Positions 62,601-64,000 of a stretch of 64,000 nt of DNA are shown piece by piece. Numbering within the stretch: the first letter of the stretch is position 1; every line of letters starts with the position of its first letter. Source of the DNA: Octopus sinensis (taxonomy: Eukaryota); NCBI RefSeq assembly GCF_006345805.1, contig NC_043002.1:63922001-63986000 (forward strand), written 5' to 3'. The translations under genes and the position numbers were made by a program. The notes under the pieces were generated by a model. The model did no database searches, was not told where the DNA came from, and was given only the letters and a program-made list of their open reading frames with translations.

Positions 62601-64000
62601 TACATCACGTCCTTAACGACCGATATCTCCTCCCCCACCTCCTTCCTAATCTCTAACTCCATCCCCTGCAACCTCCCTCTCCCAGAGTTCCACTTTGTCT
62701 TCTCCCACCTCCCCATCCATCAACCTCCAGCTCACATAGGCTACTGGAAACGGTGTTTCATGGGACTACATAGCATTAGCATTCTTCCCTTTCTTGGGAC
62801 TGCAGCATACACGCCACACGTCATTATGTAACATTGTGAGCTTAGATTTTCCAGATTACCACTTGGTTTCTTTAAAATCAGCTAAAGATTTTTGCTTATG
62901 ATGTAATCTAAGAGTTTATCAATAATATACTGCTGAAACAGACATTGTGAAATTTAAATCTCATTTGGGTTCTATTTTTTATACAAACACTGCACTTGGA
63001 ACCATTCCTAATCTGAATCTGCAGTTTTATTGAAATAGAAAGAAATATAGCAATACTTAGATGCTAATAGAGAGGTGTTTAGGTGCATTTAGTAAAAAAC
63101 AATGCAGAAAAAAAGGAGTTTTCCCCATAGCCTATCCACCATAAAGCAACGATAAAAATAATACCAATATTAATGTTTTCTATGTTTTCTACTATTGCAC
63201 ACTGCCTGAAATTTCGTGGATAGAGTTCGGCAAGTACATTAAGTGATTGCTATGCTCGACAATATTTACTTCCTGCTGTAAACTCAACAGTGTTTATTAA
63301 ATTTCAAGAACTGAAAGTTCAAATCCATGCATGCATACATAAATACATACGTGCATGCATACATGTACTTTTTTCTGCGAAAACATATCTCACAGATACA
63401 TACACAAACATCCATACCATAAAGAAGAATGGAAAAACTTGAGAGCTCATCTGCTGATACGGGATTCAAAATCCTTAACTCCAAACTGCACCAGTTGCAA
63501 AAAAACACAGTTACATTTGAAATACTAAAGCATAAATCTACAGTGTAAAGGCTCAATTACATCGCAATTTACAATTTTCTTTGATGAGATGCTGTGAACA
63601 CTCATTCTAATGTTGGATGCAACACGATTTATAAAGCTGTACATTTTTGTGAGTGTAACGATTTCTTCGCTTGTTTTCGACATGGCAAATATAGAGAAAA
63701 TTAGTGGAATTTGGTTTTGTCATCACTGTTTCTTAATTACTAGATCTTAAAAAAGTAAAAAGTGCTTCTTTACATAGATGCAGACGATATATTTAATTCG
63801 AAATAAGAATGTCATCATTTCTGAACATGACTAAGCTTAATACAGATTTGAGTTTAGTAAGTATTATAAGCAGATTTTAAAACTAATCACGTTCGTTTTC
63901 TAACGCCTTATTAAAAGCCATGTAACGGAGGCCATCAAGCGCGCTAGGCCCTAATCATAATGCGTAAATTCACATTCCAAACACTGTGGAAATGATGAAT

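Overview
This is AT-rich, repeat-saturated eukaryotic (animal) genomic DNA. The repeat landscape matches what I recall of Octopus genomes: very long (TA)n/(TG)n/(AAT)n microsatellites, two tRNA-derived SINE families, and Dong/R4-like and RTE LINEs. The taxon is an inference, not a database result. I find no intact, recognisable protein-coding gene, rRNA, tRNA or CRISPR array. Most ORF-track entries are translations of microsatellites. The supportable content is decayed mobile DNA: many copies of two SINE families; fragments of restriction-like-endonuclease (R4/Dong-type), RTE and Penelope-like retroelements; three Tc1/mariner relics; a full-length but broken hAT (Buster-type) element with TIRs and a degenerate 8-bp TSD; two non-autonomous Helitrons; a piggyBac-like MITE; and several foldback elements. 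A few short segments with good splice signals could be exons of an unrecognised + strand gene, possibly a type II membrane protein, but this is low confidence. The most notable structures are an 87-bp near-perfect hairpin at about 32 kb, a Helitron end whose hairpin includes its own terminal CTAG, a tandem non-coding element bounded by (AAT)n with a triplicated end, and decayed hammerhead-like motifs. I see no convincing evidence of a new biological system. Boundaries of decayed elements are approximate and were read by eye.
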